Shown here: piece by piece, positions 28,248-42,200 of the stretch
Position numbering within the stretch: the stretch's first letter is position 1
Layout: each line of letters begins with the position of its first letter
DNA from: Bugula neritina
Taxonomy: Eukaryota; Animalia; Bryozoa
NCBI GenBank assembly: GCA_964035545.1
Contig: OZ037767.1
Span: forward strand, 28,908,628 to 28,972,627
Direction of reading: 5' to 3'
DNA: 64,000 nucleotides
Made by a program: the position numbers and the translations under genes
The notes under the pieces: generated by a model
Told to the model about the DNA's origin: nothing
Database searches by the model: none
The model's input: only the letters and a program-made list of their open reading frames with translations

Positions 28248-28875
28248 CAATCGTCAATTAAACATTCATAATTATGACACATGTTGCATAATTTCATACA
28301 TATTTTATGTGCAATAGCAAGTAAATTAATTTTTTTATTATAGTTCAATTTTATTTTGGTATCGTAAGAAGTTGTATATATTACTATTGAGTAGCATCTA
28401 TAAACTATTGCACACCATTTCTACTGCAGTATTGCCAAGTTCAATGTTTGTTGCATTATGCTATTGATTTCCATATTTTGTTATCAACATACTCGATTCT
28501 TGAACTTCTATTTTGTTAGAAGAGAAAGCGTTTCCTTGCCTACTATACAATAATATCGATTTTTATTTCAATGTCCTTTTGTCAGCAAGTGATTAAAATC
28601 TTATTATTGAGTTTAAGAATTATTTTTGTACTTCAGCTGCCAGCTGCATGTTGAGCTTTTTCTATCTCTTCCAATCATCGCAGTAAGTAGTAGGTGCCTT
28701 TCTCCTGCCGTCTTGATATTTTGAGAAATATTTATTCCACTATGTTCTATCTAATTAGGAATTTTGTATTGTTGCTAAATCGGTTGATAATAAATCACTT
28801 CGAATATTGTCACTGTGTTTTTACAATGTGATGTGTGAAAGTAAATGTCTGCTCATTTACAGATATTATTAACAC

Positions 28876-29454
28876 ATGGCTATGAGTTATAGATTATTTG
28901 CTCTAACACTGGTACCTGTGTGCTGGAGTTATGTTACTAAACAAAGTCATGTTTTTAATGATTTGGGAGGGGAGTTGGCTGCAGATGGCAATGTAAGCAC
29001 ATGCATGTCGACAGGTATTAACAGGTGGGCATGGTGGATGAGAACCTGGGATGACCCTGTCACATTTAATACAGTACAGCTTCATGGTAAAACACCATTT
29101 GTACTATGCTAAATTAAAAACCTGTTTAATGAACCAATAATTCAATAGTTTGCATTTAAGAAGCTGATTGGCTCTAGTTTTTTTACCATGACCTTTATTA
29201 TGATCACTTCTATTGTTCATCTAGTGCTGCCACCTCTTACTTACTTTGAAATCCACTCTGGAGACTACCAACAACCCATGAATGAGCCGGTGAAAACCAA
29301 CCAATCTCTTTGTGCCAGAATTGATGGTAGTCAGCGAATTCATGACTCCATTCACACTATTCGATGCGTTAACACAAGGCAGGCCACAGTTATTAGTGTT
29401 CAGCTTGTTGGGGCATCCCGAGAACTAAAAATCTGCGAGCTGAGTGTATTTTGA
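28876..29454 (+). CDS. Small secreted F-type lectin (fucolectin)/F5-8 type C-like protein, ~146 aa
   Basis: Exons 28876-29086 and 29225-29454. Hydrophobic signal-like N-terminus, then QS..., LAADGN..TCMST, WW, C...C and terminal LKICELSVF, which follow the FTP-domain pattern (AVDGN, CxHT, WW, LxLCEVEV). Confidence 0.75.
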
Positions 29455-29939
29455 TTCCTCGCCAATTGCAATACTTCAAGTAACTTTGGAAGCAATATAA
29501 TATGATAATTTTTTTAAAAACTGTGTTGTTTAATTAAAACGAATGCTAACTGCTGTTAATTTAACAGAGCTACTGAAATTTTCATCTTATTTAAACATTC
29601 GTTGTAATAATTATACTATTTTGTGAAGTGTATTAAATGCCATCATGGATACACTATGACTTTTGTGGTCAAGTATGAATGTTTTGAAAATGATTGCACA
29701 TGTTTTATACGTCTTTAAGCTTGTCGTTTACTTTTTCCGCAATTCATCATCTAGCCAATTTCTGATAACAATAATTTTGTGCTTCTTCTTTCTGTAAGTC
29801 AGATACCTCAATAATGCCAATTTATTACAAATAGTAACTGTGTGTTTATGAATAAACTTCATTTTGAAAGTTACAATAAAGTAAGAATGTTCATAAATAT
29901 AAAAACTGATAAAAACCAAAGTAAAAGTTTTCAAACAAA

Positions 29940-31658
29940 CTATCGGACAGGATTCTGAAGATTTATAGATTTTTGCACAGCAGCAAAAGTTACAATAGCC
30001 AATATAGTCTCAAGCACTATCAGCGCCATGTGAATAATAAATATGATAGCTTCAATGTAGAGTACGTAAGTTTGCCATAGAACAAAGTAAAGAGCTCCAG
30101 TTAAAGATGTTAAGGCCATTGATATCGATATAAAAGTAGCCAGTCGTCTCTCAGTTAGGTTTCCCTTCATCCCTGATGAACAGTAAAACACATGACATCA
30201 CATCAGTTGAGGCATAAACTCATGTTTATGCAGCTTACACTAAGACTGGCAAACCTGTATTCTCTTTTGTAAAGCAGTATAATGAGTCAAATTATTACAT
30301 TTTGGCAGAGTTACAGAGACATTGCAATAGCCTCAGTTCTCTATGAACTTCTTCATGAATTTTAATTAAGATCACAGGTTCAAATTAGAACATGCATCTG
30401 GGGCAAAAAAATATATCAGAGCTAAAAATCCTTTGCCAAAATAAATCAATACATAATATCCGTCTTCAATAAACTTAATTGCATTTTTCTAAATCTAAAA
30501 TTATAGTTGCTTGATTATTTTAACTGCAGTAGAAGCAGATTAATAATAAAAGATTAAAGGGTCATATAATGAAACTCACCCCAAAACAGTCTTGCAGTTT
30601 CCAAGCCACCAACAACAAACAGGAGAATAATCTCCACAGCAAGAATGTCATCTGGGTATGGTAACACAGACCCTAAATAATAAAAATCATACTAAATATA
30701 CTTACAGAATATATTTTAAATGTATACATGTATACATAAAAAACTATTAGTCATTTATGTAATAAGTAATAGTAAATTTCACTTACCTTTCCATATAAAT
30801 ACCAAACATTCTACAAACACCAGGCTTGCCATATAGTATCCATGTAAAAACAAGAATATCTGCCAGTGGGGAGACGATAGCTAGTATAGTAGTGTTAAAA
30901 ACTTTATATTTGTACAAATGAAAATATATTTGTTTTGCAGCCAGTTAATAGAGCCATTTATTTTTATAAACTTACAAGAAGGTTAAAGTTAGTAACCTTT
31001 CAATCTAAACTGTAGGATTATACCATAAACTTTCAATAAGTCAACACAATTTTATAGGAGGTACAAAATATGCATCACAATTACCATAAATGCACTAAAC
31101 ATTTAGAATAACAATTATGGTGATTAGGTTACCATGCATGCATATCTTGTTTTAGTTCTTAGCGTATCTTTACTCTTAATTTCAGTGATCTTAGTTGACA
31201 CGACTTATATAATAAACCCATTAAAAATATTCCCAAAGTTACTGTAACATAAGGCTGCAATAAAAACATATATAATAGCCAAGACACAAATCTGTAAAGT
31301 TTTAAGGATACAGATGCTTTTAGTGGTCCATCTAAAACAAAAATTGAAGTTCATTATTATTAGTACTGCTACTGTTAGTGTTAGTCATACTATTAGTCTT
31401 AGTATAAGTAATAGTATTGCTGTAAATGTATTATTATTACTATTACTATTAGTATTAGTATTACTATGATTCAAAGGTAACAATAACATAATGATTATTA
31501 CTCTTTTCAACCCTATGATAGCACAGAAAAATCAATAGTTTAAAATACAACTTGTATAAAATATTTAATTAGTGTAATTGAATATGGCTGGCACAAAAGT
31601 TTATTTAATAATCTTATGACTTACTTCTCGAGCCAGCAACAGCTCCTGCTGACGCCAT
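29940..31658 (-). CDS. TMEM216: Ciliary transition-zone membrane protein TMEM216 (TMEM216/TMEM80/TMEM17 family), ~157 aa
   Basis: Exons 31658-31625, 31331-31312, 30880-30787, 30672-30580, 30172-29940 (474 nt). Sequence LSSPHWQIFLFLHGYY..FIWKGSVLPYP..LETARLFWGMKGNLTER..WQTYVLYIEAI matches the family. Confidence 0.88.
30881..31311 (-). other. U12-type (minor spliceosome) GT-AG intron
   Basis: Donor GTATCCTT. Branch-like TTTTTAAC ends 13 nt before the 3' end of the intron. No polypyrimidine tract. Confidence 0.85.
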
Positions 31659-33175
31659 GTTGTTTGGCACAGGTAGCAATCAGCATTAAAAATATAGGTA
31701 ACAACATTCATTGTTTTTTTACAATAACTATTTAGTTTTTTTTTAAAAAAAATTTTAATTTTTAAACAAATGTGATTAAATTTATTTGTTGCACAAAATG
31801 TTTAAAAAAGCATATGTGATACAACTTTTTTGTTTAGCGGTCTCTATGGGTAGTGCAGATTACCACTGCTAGGCTGTTTCCGACACTGCTTCAAAAAATT
31901 GGTTATCATTAATTGTACTTTAATTTTATAAAATTAAGTATGAACAATAGATATAATTTAAATTATAATAATTATAAACTATATATAATTATGAATTAAA
32001 CTTAATGTTATGACTGGGTCTTATCACATCATGATTATAGTCTTATGAGTTGTGATTTATAGGATATTATTATTACTCAGTTAATCATAATCATAATGTT
32101 ATACTTATTGTTGATTATATTTATATATATTTATTTATATATTATATTATTTTATATTGATTATTGTGCATTTATACTTATACTTATAGTTTAAGTTATA
32201 TCTTAACTTTAACAGTATCAGTAATCGAGTGTATACTCTATGGTTACGAGTGTGACATTCACACTGAGTTTAACTTAAACTATACAATAAATGAGTGAGT
32301 AAGTAACACGATTGTCAGTAAAACTGGCACACTAGTGTTAAATTTTTTCAAAACCAAACTTCTAAAGCCTCACCTCAATATTAAAGATGTGCCATTTTTA
32401 TTTACGCCTCCATTTGTGCCATTATTTGTAAAAATGGCACAGATAATTAAATAATATTACCTGTGCTATTTTTACCTGTGCCATCTTTGCCGGAATCCAA
32501 GTAATACACATACTGCATACTGTTGGTATTGGTAATGCAGAGCAGAAGCTGGGGTGTGACTCGAAGTCCCAATAGTAATAATAATACTAACTTTAACTTA
32601 CTCAGAGTCTTTAACAGCTAACAATAACCTACTGACTACTAGTTTTAAGCACTAATTTATTAATTACATAAGTTACACCTACTCTCTTACACTTACAGTT
32701 AATGTCATGAAGTTAAACAAATCAACTTTAAGCTCACAATTGTCAAATTATTCCAAACAAATCAAACTCCAAAGTGAAAGTCAAACTCAAACAATCAGGC
32801 CGAGTTATACTCGGTACTTCATTTTTCATGTTGAACTTTAATTTGAATTTAATTCAATATCGATTCACAATTGACTTGTTGTTTGTTAGGACAATTAAAG
32901 AGTTATAGCTGTAATACTCATTTACCAAATTAATATAAACTATATTTCTAAAATAATTGACAATTTGTATTATGTTATTTGTTGTTACAGTTTTTATCAG
33001 TTGAAATAGAATAACTGTTGATGTTTTTATGTCAAAATTATAGTCTGAAGGGGAAATTAAAGGTTAATTTGTAATTTAATTAGTAAAATTCTGTACTAAA
33101 AAAAGCATTTTGTGTTGATCGAAGCAGGGCTTCTTTACTTTATTTTTGGCTTTTTTATTTTGTTTTCAGAGCGGG

Positions 33176-35147
33176 ATGGAGTTGGGCCCGTCAAGTATAA
33201 CAGCCCTCGCAGACCTTATTGCTCCTAAAGAAGATTCGGAATCTGATGACGATGCTGTGAGGCTAACTCATAAATTAGCATTTCCGATCAGTGACAAATA
33301 GTTACAATTGATTTTGAAACTGGTCTTGGTTGAATTTAACTCCATTTCTAATTTCTTTGCCTAGCATATTATGTTATCTATATCTTGTGATATGTGTTTC
33401 ATTATACCATCATTTAAAATAAGGATCTTTATACATGTATGATATTGATACCTAAATTTATTTCTTTCAGCCATCCAACTATTACGCTAAGCTCACTCCC
33501 GCTAACATCGGTGTCTCAAAATCCAATTCAGTGCAAGATAAGGAGAGTAAGTATTGAAATAAGTTGTAATAAAATCAGCAACTATCTTTATAATGTTTTA
33601 AAGTATCAATCTAGCAACACTAGAGTTTATTCTCAATGTCATGCCACATTGTGTGTTTAAAATACGTCGGCCTCTAACATATTTATTTGATTTCTAACTC
33701 AATTTTGCTCACACTGCTAATCACACTGACACTGACATCTAATTATAAATTTACAATATTATAATATACTATATGAATTTTACTATATAGTTTTTTTCTA
33801 GTTTCGGATCATTTTTTTAAATATATAGAATTTTTTTCTATCTTTTAGGGTGATCAAAGATTTTTTGTGTTTTGAAAACTTGTACATTGCTGATATTTTT
33901 AGTATTTTACTTGTGTGACTTCATAAGAATCCATCTGTTATCATAACACAATAACAGGCATTTCTGTGTGCCGTATTCTAAGCTATTTCTCACCACATGC
34001 GAATGTTGCAGGTTCTACAAATCTAGCAGCAAAAGAAGCTGATTCTAATGATATCTGGGGTACAGAGGAGGTGCTGGACGGGGCTCAGTATGACGATGTA
34101 TATGATACTCGTCTTGCCCCTGAGTGAGTTGCCATATTGTCAGATTAGGCTGTTCTAAAGCCATTTAGTTTTTGTGTTTTAGTTTATTAAAGAATGCTTC
34201 TAAAATAATTACTCCACCATAATATCTTTTTGGTACAAATCTTGCTATAAAACAGGCTAAACTGCAGAGACCCTAACCCTATACCTGATGGGTTAATTCT
34301 CGCTAAATAAGTCGGAAATCACTTGGCTAGTTATAAATTACTAATCCTATTTTCATGATCAGCTGTAGTTATTGGGTAGATAACTCCAAATATTTTGCAT
34401 ATTTCCACACAGTTAAATATGCTATAATTTATGGGTTGTATCACGTTCTATATTGAGAACACGTACGGTGTTTAAGTGTTGTCTTCCCATCAAATAATGT
34501 TGTTTTTACTAGACTCTGTTGTTTACAGCTATGATATTGTGTATAAACAAGCTGTCACTTCGGAAGATATATTTCTAGGAATGGGAAACAAAACTCCAGC
34601 AACCGCTAGCTGTGAGGATATGGTGGTAAGTTTTATGATAGTAAGTATTATGATAGTAAGTATTATGATAGTGGGTAATATGGAAGTAAGTATTATTATA
34701 GGTAAGGGTAGAAATTGTGGTAAATACTAGTCTTGCAGTTTCTACTGTTTAGTTAATATTTTGTGTTATGGCTGTACTAATTAAAAGTATTTTGTCTGGT
34801 CTGATTATATATGAGGTAGTCTGTCAACCTGTGATGTGGTGAACATCAACACTTAACTGCTTTAGTGTATATGACTTACGGTATTAACCGTTAGTTTTGA
34901 CTTGTTATTGAGGCATGCAAGCTGTCTGTTGCAGATTACTGTCAAACTACCAGGGAGTAACTTTAAAGACGTCAATGTTGATTTAACTGACAAACATTTA
35001 AGCGTACGAAGTCCTAAATATAAGTTGGGGTTACACCTGCCCCACCCTTGTGACAGTAAGAATGGCAAGGCTCAGTGGCTCTCAGACAAAGAATTACTCA
35101 AAATTACAGTGCGGATGAAACGAGAGTATGATATGCTAAATTTCTAG
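33176..35147 (+). CDS. DNAAF6: Dynein axonemal assembly factor 6 (PIH1D3/Twister), ~192 aa
   Basis: Exons 33176-33256, 33471-33546, 34012-34123, 34529-34625, 34935-35147 (579 nt). Motifs DIWGTEEV..YDD..DTR..PDYDIVYKQAVTSEDIFLGM, a CS domain, and the end MKREYDMLNF. Confidence 0.93.
34620..34705. repeat. 15-bp degenerate tandem repeat reiterating the GTAAGT donor
   Basis: Unit TGATAGTAAGTATTA, starting at the DNAAF6 exon 4 donor. Confidence 0.8.
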
Positions 35148-36220
35148 TTATATGGTTAGACATCACTGTGAGAAACTTTGAGACAACACTGGCTGTGTTT
35201 TAGGGGCTGTAGACAACATGTTACAAAGAGAAAGCTTGAGTATCAAGTAATATTAATTCTATAAGCTTGTTTAATAGCATCTTTTACTAATTTGCATGTT
35301 TCAGTGTTTTGATTTCAGTGGCAGGCAGATCTTAGGTGTATAAATTAATACTTTACACAATTTGGCATGCTGTATAGGAAGACAATTCTTATTTTCTTAA
35401 ACATTTTCGTATAAATGTTGCTTAATCATCATGATTTGCTGTTTAAATACTTTTATTATGTTTGGTTTGTATTTTTCCCACTAACTCCGTCCACATATCA
35501 GTTTGGTAGTTTTTATTAAATTTTGTTTTCTTTATTTTATTGCTATAGGATTATCAATATTGCAGGTCAATATAATGACCATCTTTATAGAAAATATAAT
35601 TTGGTACAGATAATCTGTTGCATTGATTATGAACACTGAGCGTACGAAAAATCATTGACAGTGTGACCAAGTGTTGATAAAATATCACCAGTAAAGTATA
35701 TCAGCAAAATCATAGTGGAATCATGCTATGTAAAAGTGGCCAATGGTAAGCAGAAAAACTTGCCAACACGAAATCATTACTGTTTAACATTAAGGTTATC
35801 TAATTAATATAAATTACTCCGAAGCTATCCATCCAACTTAGAGTTGTCTGCCCAAATTAACTGGTTTCTGTCTGAACTTTAAATAATTCAGAACTCCAGC
35901 GCATTTTCAAATTATTCAAAAATATGTCAAAATATAGAACTACTGTATAAAGTTATAAAATATAAACATTAATTCTTACAAATAGGACAGCCAAGCATGC
36001 ATGCGTGTACGCAGATGGAAGACTAGATAATTTTATTAAATTCCCTTCCAAAAGGAGAAGTTTTGTACTGCTGGAATACCCATCCCACAGTGATGTTTAT
36101 AACGGAATAATCTGTCACTAGTGTATACTTTCCCATAGCTGACACAAAGTCCTTGTGAAGTACCCATCAACGGACATAAAAAGCACCAATAGAAAAAAAT
36201 CAATTCCACAATGAAGGGCT

Positions 36221-39200
36221 CTAATTAGAGGCTCCATCTTCTGAACCTTCTTCCTCAGTAGGAATCATGGCTAAAGCTAGTATCCCCTCTTCCGATTGTT
36301 TAAGTTTGGTCACATGTGTGAACTGACATGGCTTGCTAATAGCGCTCTTGGTTGGTAACGAAAATACTTGATGCTTTACAGATTTCTTCTTTTCTTTCTT
36401 CTTTTTAATTTTAATGTTGGGATTGTTCAATACATTTTTCTCTGGGTCAGATGTACAGAGTTTAAAGTAGTTATAGAATGATTCAGCACTCTCTTCATCC
36501 TAAAACATACAAGTAGAGAATGAGCAAGCTACAGTACATATACATGTGTCAACAATTGCATAACTATTGTTTCCATCAGATTAGTTTTAGTCACATTTGT
36601 TGTAATTTTGTAATTTTAGTAAACCAGCATTGCACAAGTGATGGCATGCTGATTATCATAGATTCTTGGAATAATACAAGTTTTGTTGTCATCATTCAGT
36701 CATAATATGTACACATTTGAGCACAAAACCATAATAATTGGACAAACAAACATAAAAACAAGCTATTGCATCACATTAGGGGGGATAACTACCTGATATG
36801 CTAAACCCGCTAGTTGATCTGCTGTACCCGGTATACGTAATCTATGGAACACAGGCTTGACGACTTCCCATCTAGACTCATAGTTTATCACAGTTTTCCA
36901 AAGCAGGAACCCTGTACCCTGTGATACAAGATATATACATTAGAGTTTAGACAGTGTACTTTGTTATCACCAGATAGTCATAACATTTTAGATTGTTTTA
37001 GTCTCTTTGTGAAAAACTCTCACACTTATTGGATGCCTACTGGTTATAATGAGTATATTTTAGTCAAGTGACTCAGTTTCACTGTCAACATGAATTTGCT
37101 CTCTGGGATAATATTATTAAACAAGTTAGAAAAACTAGATTGATGTTTACATTCCCTTAATCAGATTAAACGAATATAAAACTAGGGAATTAGAAAGGAC
37201 TTCTAATTAATGCAAAGCTTGTTTATTTTAAATTCAGAACCCTTGATAAATCTCATCAGTCAAATAATTAAATCAAAATGAAAACCACTCTGATTGAAGC
37301 CTTATGTGAAAATCAAAAACAAGTATGAGATGGCTGACTGCAGAACTGATGTTGCTTTGACATAAAATACATGGTGTGCCTTTCAACAGTAGAAGTAGTG
37401 ACAGTAATAGTGACAGTACCAGTGTAGTAATAGTGACAGTACCAGCGTAGTAATAGTGACAGTACCATGTAGTAATAGTGACAGTACCAGTGTAGTAATA
37501 GTTACAGAGCCAGTGTAGTAATAGTTACAGTACCAGTGTAGTAATAGTTACAGTACCAGTGTAGTAATAGTTACAGTACCGGTGTAGTAATAGTTACAGT
37601 ACCAGTGTAGTAATAGTGACAGTACCAGTGTAGTAGTAGTTACAGTACCAGTGTAGTAATAGTTACAGTACCAGTGTAGTAATAGTTACAGAGCCAGTGT
37701 AGTAATAGTTGCAGTACCAGTGTAGTAATAGTTACAGAGCCAGTGTAGTAATAGTGACAGTACCAGTGTAGTAATAGTGACAGTACCAGTGTAGTAATAG
37801 TGACAGTACCAGTGTAGTAGTAGTGACAGTACCAGTGTAGTAATAGTGACAGTACCATGTAGTAATAGTGACAGTACCAGTGTAGTAGTAGTTACAGTAC
37901 CGGTGTAGTAATAGTTGCAGTACCAGTGTAGTAATAGTTACAGTACTAAATGAACTGAGACAAAGTGTAGTTGTATTGTGACAGATAAAAAGTCATTAAT
38001 ATGGTTATTAGGACACTGTATGAGATAAGAGGTGTTTGAAAGATTAAGCTTGCAGTGCATTGCTCTTCATCAGTAGATAAGGATATTGAGAGGTTACAGC
38101 AGACTTAGTATGAGTATATAGTTGTATAAGGTGATTAGGTGTATCAGAAAGGAAGTGGTGGTATAGAGTCTACCAGAAGTGGCAGGTAGTCTACCAGAAG
38201 TGGTGGTATAGTCTACCAGAAATGGTGGTATAGTCTACCAGAAATGGTAGTGGGTAGTCCACCAGAAGTGGTAGTGGGTAGTCTAACAAATGGCTCTTCC
38301 ACTCACCTTTTCCGCTAAAACGAGGGTCAAGCCCCTAGACCTCTTGCCATCACCTGTGTTGTATATTAGTACAGGGATACCTATATGTTCTGGCTTCCAG
38401 TCATCTACAGGCACGTTGCTGGTAGTACTTTTGGTGAAGTACAATGTCCCCAAACACGGACACACCATCACCTATAAAGTACACAGAAGTATAGCTGTAG
38501 GACTAACATGGCCGTTAAGTGTTTCCTGTGTATGAGACGTGAAATATTTTAGTAAAGGAAGTTTTTCCTTAAAATTTGTAACCACCTAAAACTAAAGAGC
38601 CCAAAATTTTCCATCACTGATGCTCACAGAAGCATAAAATGTGCACATTCATACAGGAAATGCAAATATACGAATTACTATTAATATGGCTAGTGAAAAT
38701 ATTAATTTATTCAAATTTATGCAGCAAATGTAGGGAAATACAAATTTATGCTAATTATATCTACTAATACACAGCTGTGCCCAACACCCTAAACAGTGTT
38801 CCACTACAATTTTACCTCCTTTGCCCAATTATCTATGGCCATTTATTCAAATTAACGTGAAATAATTTTGTAATTGTCTTCTATGCAAATACAGTATCTA
38901 GATCAAACACAAAATATGATGAAAATCAAAAACCATAACGGTATTTGACCCTTTTAACAGGCTAGGCGTAGCAAAAAGCTTGGTACAAGTTTTACTGAAA
39001 GTCAAGTACTTGGATTTAAAAGTTTAAACATGGCTGAAAGGATTGACTAGGGTTGAGGTAACACTTAACAGTGTTATTCTCAACACACCTACACATATGT
39101 ATATAATATGCTATACATACATTTAAACAATAACACAAATCTGAAACTTAATCAGCCATAACTGAAGTTAGGAGTTAATCAGAGTGAAAAATGGTTATGA

Positions 39201-42200
39201 CTAGCAGTGATAGTTGATGGAGTTTGTATTATGTAATATATTACTATTACTATCACAATATATGACCAGGCATATACATTGTATAAGACTATAATTAATG
39301 TATATAATATACAAGATAGAGTCACAACAGGATGTGAAAGCTACTGCTATAAGATAGGCAGTGAAATGAAATATATATAATATGTTTATCTACCATGAAT
39401 TCTTCACATTCTACCATTATTAGAAGACCTAGCTACTGTATTATTATAAATTACTTATAACAATAATAATGATACTTATGAAATGAAATGCACACTTGTG
39501 GCTTAGTGGTTGAACTAGATACGTCTGCAGAGTAACTCTAATTTAATTAGTACTAAAATCCCTAGTTCAACACTTGAGCTATCAGTTTCAACAGCACGTT
39601 TTAAAATTCAAAACCAAGAGCCTTGGTATTACAAAGCTAAAAAATTAGACTTTGTTCTGAAATGTGTGAACAGTTTAAATCAGTAGGATATAAGGTTAGG
39701 GTCAGTCACTGGGTCACGTGTATTCAATTTGATTAACATAACTTTAGTGACTGCTCAGTGATTATATTCAACAGATTTGCTGCTTACAAAAGATCTAACC
39801 TTCGAGTCTGGAATACTATAAGCTGTTCCCAACACTTTATTATACAAGTACTTGAAATAATCAGTTAGTTTATCAACACGATGTTAAAACTGCTAATTGG
39901 GTTATCTAAGCTGCATCCTCTAGAAATGCCAGTTGTTTTAATGGTTTTACAAGTTCCACCCATCCTATCAGTATGTAATAGAGCAGTATACACTGTTCTG
40001 TTACAGCTGTATTACAGTATAGTCAGTTCTGTTAAATAGATATGCAATATAGCTTTGTTGGTCAACTGATATATGGAAGCTTGTAACCAAGATAACTAGA
40101 AAAGTTTGTGAGTTACATTTCAGTGGTAAACACAGCTTAGTTCACGCAGCTGTAGTTGAATGGAGCTAAGAAAAGGTATGTCTCACTCAACACCCCCACA
40201 CACAGCATTATGCAGGCTGCAAGGAATTTAGGTGAAAATTCGCCTTAGAAATTGTCTCCCCAACAGGCAAGTAATATGGTTCATATAGTGAACATTTACT
40301 GATTGGAGTTACCTCAGTTTTATGGCCTTTATAGAACAACTCTGCTTGAGATCTCTCATCATCTGTGAGACCCGTTCGCTTGATTTGCGCTTTCTCAGCC
40401 TCACTTCTGTACGAGATCGTGGAGGCGGGAGTAATTGCATCGGAGTTCTCCCTAAATGTAACTCTTCGTAGCTCAGTGCTGTTTCTGTCAAACAATGGCA
40501 CAGATTTGTCGGCTTTTCGATTGTCATTGAGAGTGGAGCGTAACTTTACTGGCACCGTTTCACCTGAAAGCAGAAAAAAATGACATCAGACAGAAGATAT
40601 GAATAATGGTTATTGCCAAACCAAAGGTTCCTTATATGACAGAGTTACAAAGTTTTGACAATGAGTGTATCATCAACTTAGCTGATAGCACTCCTTCAGC
40701 TGCTTTGTTTTATACAATGACCTTTGCACCAACAATGTTTTTAGTATGTAGCAAATCTAAACACACACACAGTATCTGCTCATTGTTATTTATATAATGG
40801 ATTACTTTGGCATCTCCAAGTTATTTCACTTATCTAAAATTAGACCACAGGCTTCTACTGTTGCTGAAAAACATGACAGAACCCAAACCAAATAGAGATA
40901 AGACTAGTGCAGCAGCTGTAACCCAAGTAACAGTTCTTTTTTGAAAAACCTATAAAATTATTACAAAATATTGGGAAAATAAAACAATTACATCAAAGAT
41001 TTCGATTACTCACCAAACTACTATTTTTTACACAGACCACATCTCTGTCATGAGAATAAATACATTGGTACACCACAACTGTACTGCTTACCAACTAAAG
41101 TGTATATTCCAGTCTCTATGCCGCTGTCGCCAGATTCGCTGCTGGTATTGAGGGGTGGAGAGTGGGCAGCGGGTGACACTGAAGAGCTCGTAGCTGGAGT
41201 AGGAATAGCAGAAGATTCAGTAGAAAGTAGCATAGCATCTCCTTGATCATTCACCTCTGAAACACACAGACTTAATGCTATTACATGCTAATTGCAGCAT
41301 ATATTAATACATCACCATGGTGAGCAATAGTGTAGCATATTAGTCAAAAAGATAGCAGTATTGAGGAAAACACAAGCTAATCCTTCCCAACATTGGCCCA
41401 GGTAAAAAACATTAGCATTCACCTGGATTTGAATAGATTGTGGTTGTTGAGAAACCGTTGAAATGTTCAACAATAGACTAAATGAAGAATAAATGAAGAT
41501 GAAACGATTAGTCATAAGGGTTTAGCAATGAGCAATACACTCCTTTAGTAATGAGACTGAGAGTGAAAGAGAAACTGCTATGAACTTGAATATGATCAAC
41601 TTGAATTGAAAGAAGGTAGTGAGGCATTAAAACTAGCACTCACTCAATAGCTCGGCAGAGAAAACACACTGTCAATGACAAATGACCGTGCAGCTGTTGT
41701 GTATTTTTCTGACTAAACAAATATCATTGTGATTAGCAACTTTCATTTGAAAACAACTCTGGCTTTTTACTCAGTCCTCAGCACACAAACACCAGCATGT
41801 TGCAAGAATATGTGTAACTCGACACTGTTACGTGAGTTCGAATGACCAGTCATGAAAATACACCGCAGTGGGACATGATAATGGTTGAGATTGAATGTGT
41901 GCAAACATCTTTATCACTTGACTCACACAGTGCCCTACAGTGATACATAAATTGTCATCAAATGTCAAATAAATGACATTTCTGGTTAATCAACTGGTGA
42001 ACCATGAAGCAATAACTGTGAAGTTCAATGCTTTCATTGAAACAGCTTATCAGCCATGGTAGAAGCAAAACAGATAGGCTTGAGGAAAGAGGATTTGTAC
42101 CATCAGCCCTAATTCACTGCTTACCAGTCACTTCTAGTCACCAACAAGTCAAGGAAAATGCAGAAATAACGATGGAAAAAAACCATAGCAATTTAATGAT

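Noticed and set aside
37640-37858. Repetitive Cys/His/Tyr ORF
   Set aside because: Translation of the 23-bp minisatellite.
38079-38086. ATATCCTT on the minus strand (AT-AC U12 donor-like)
   Set aside because: Mid-intron, with no exon before it. The flanking exons already join through canonical sites.
39495-39578. Functional tRNA gene
   Set aside because: Pol III box-like motifs only, and I could not fold a cloverleaf. Kept as a low-confidence SINE relic.
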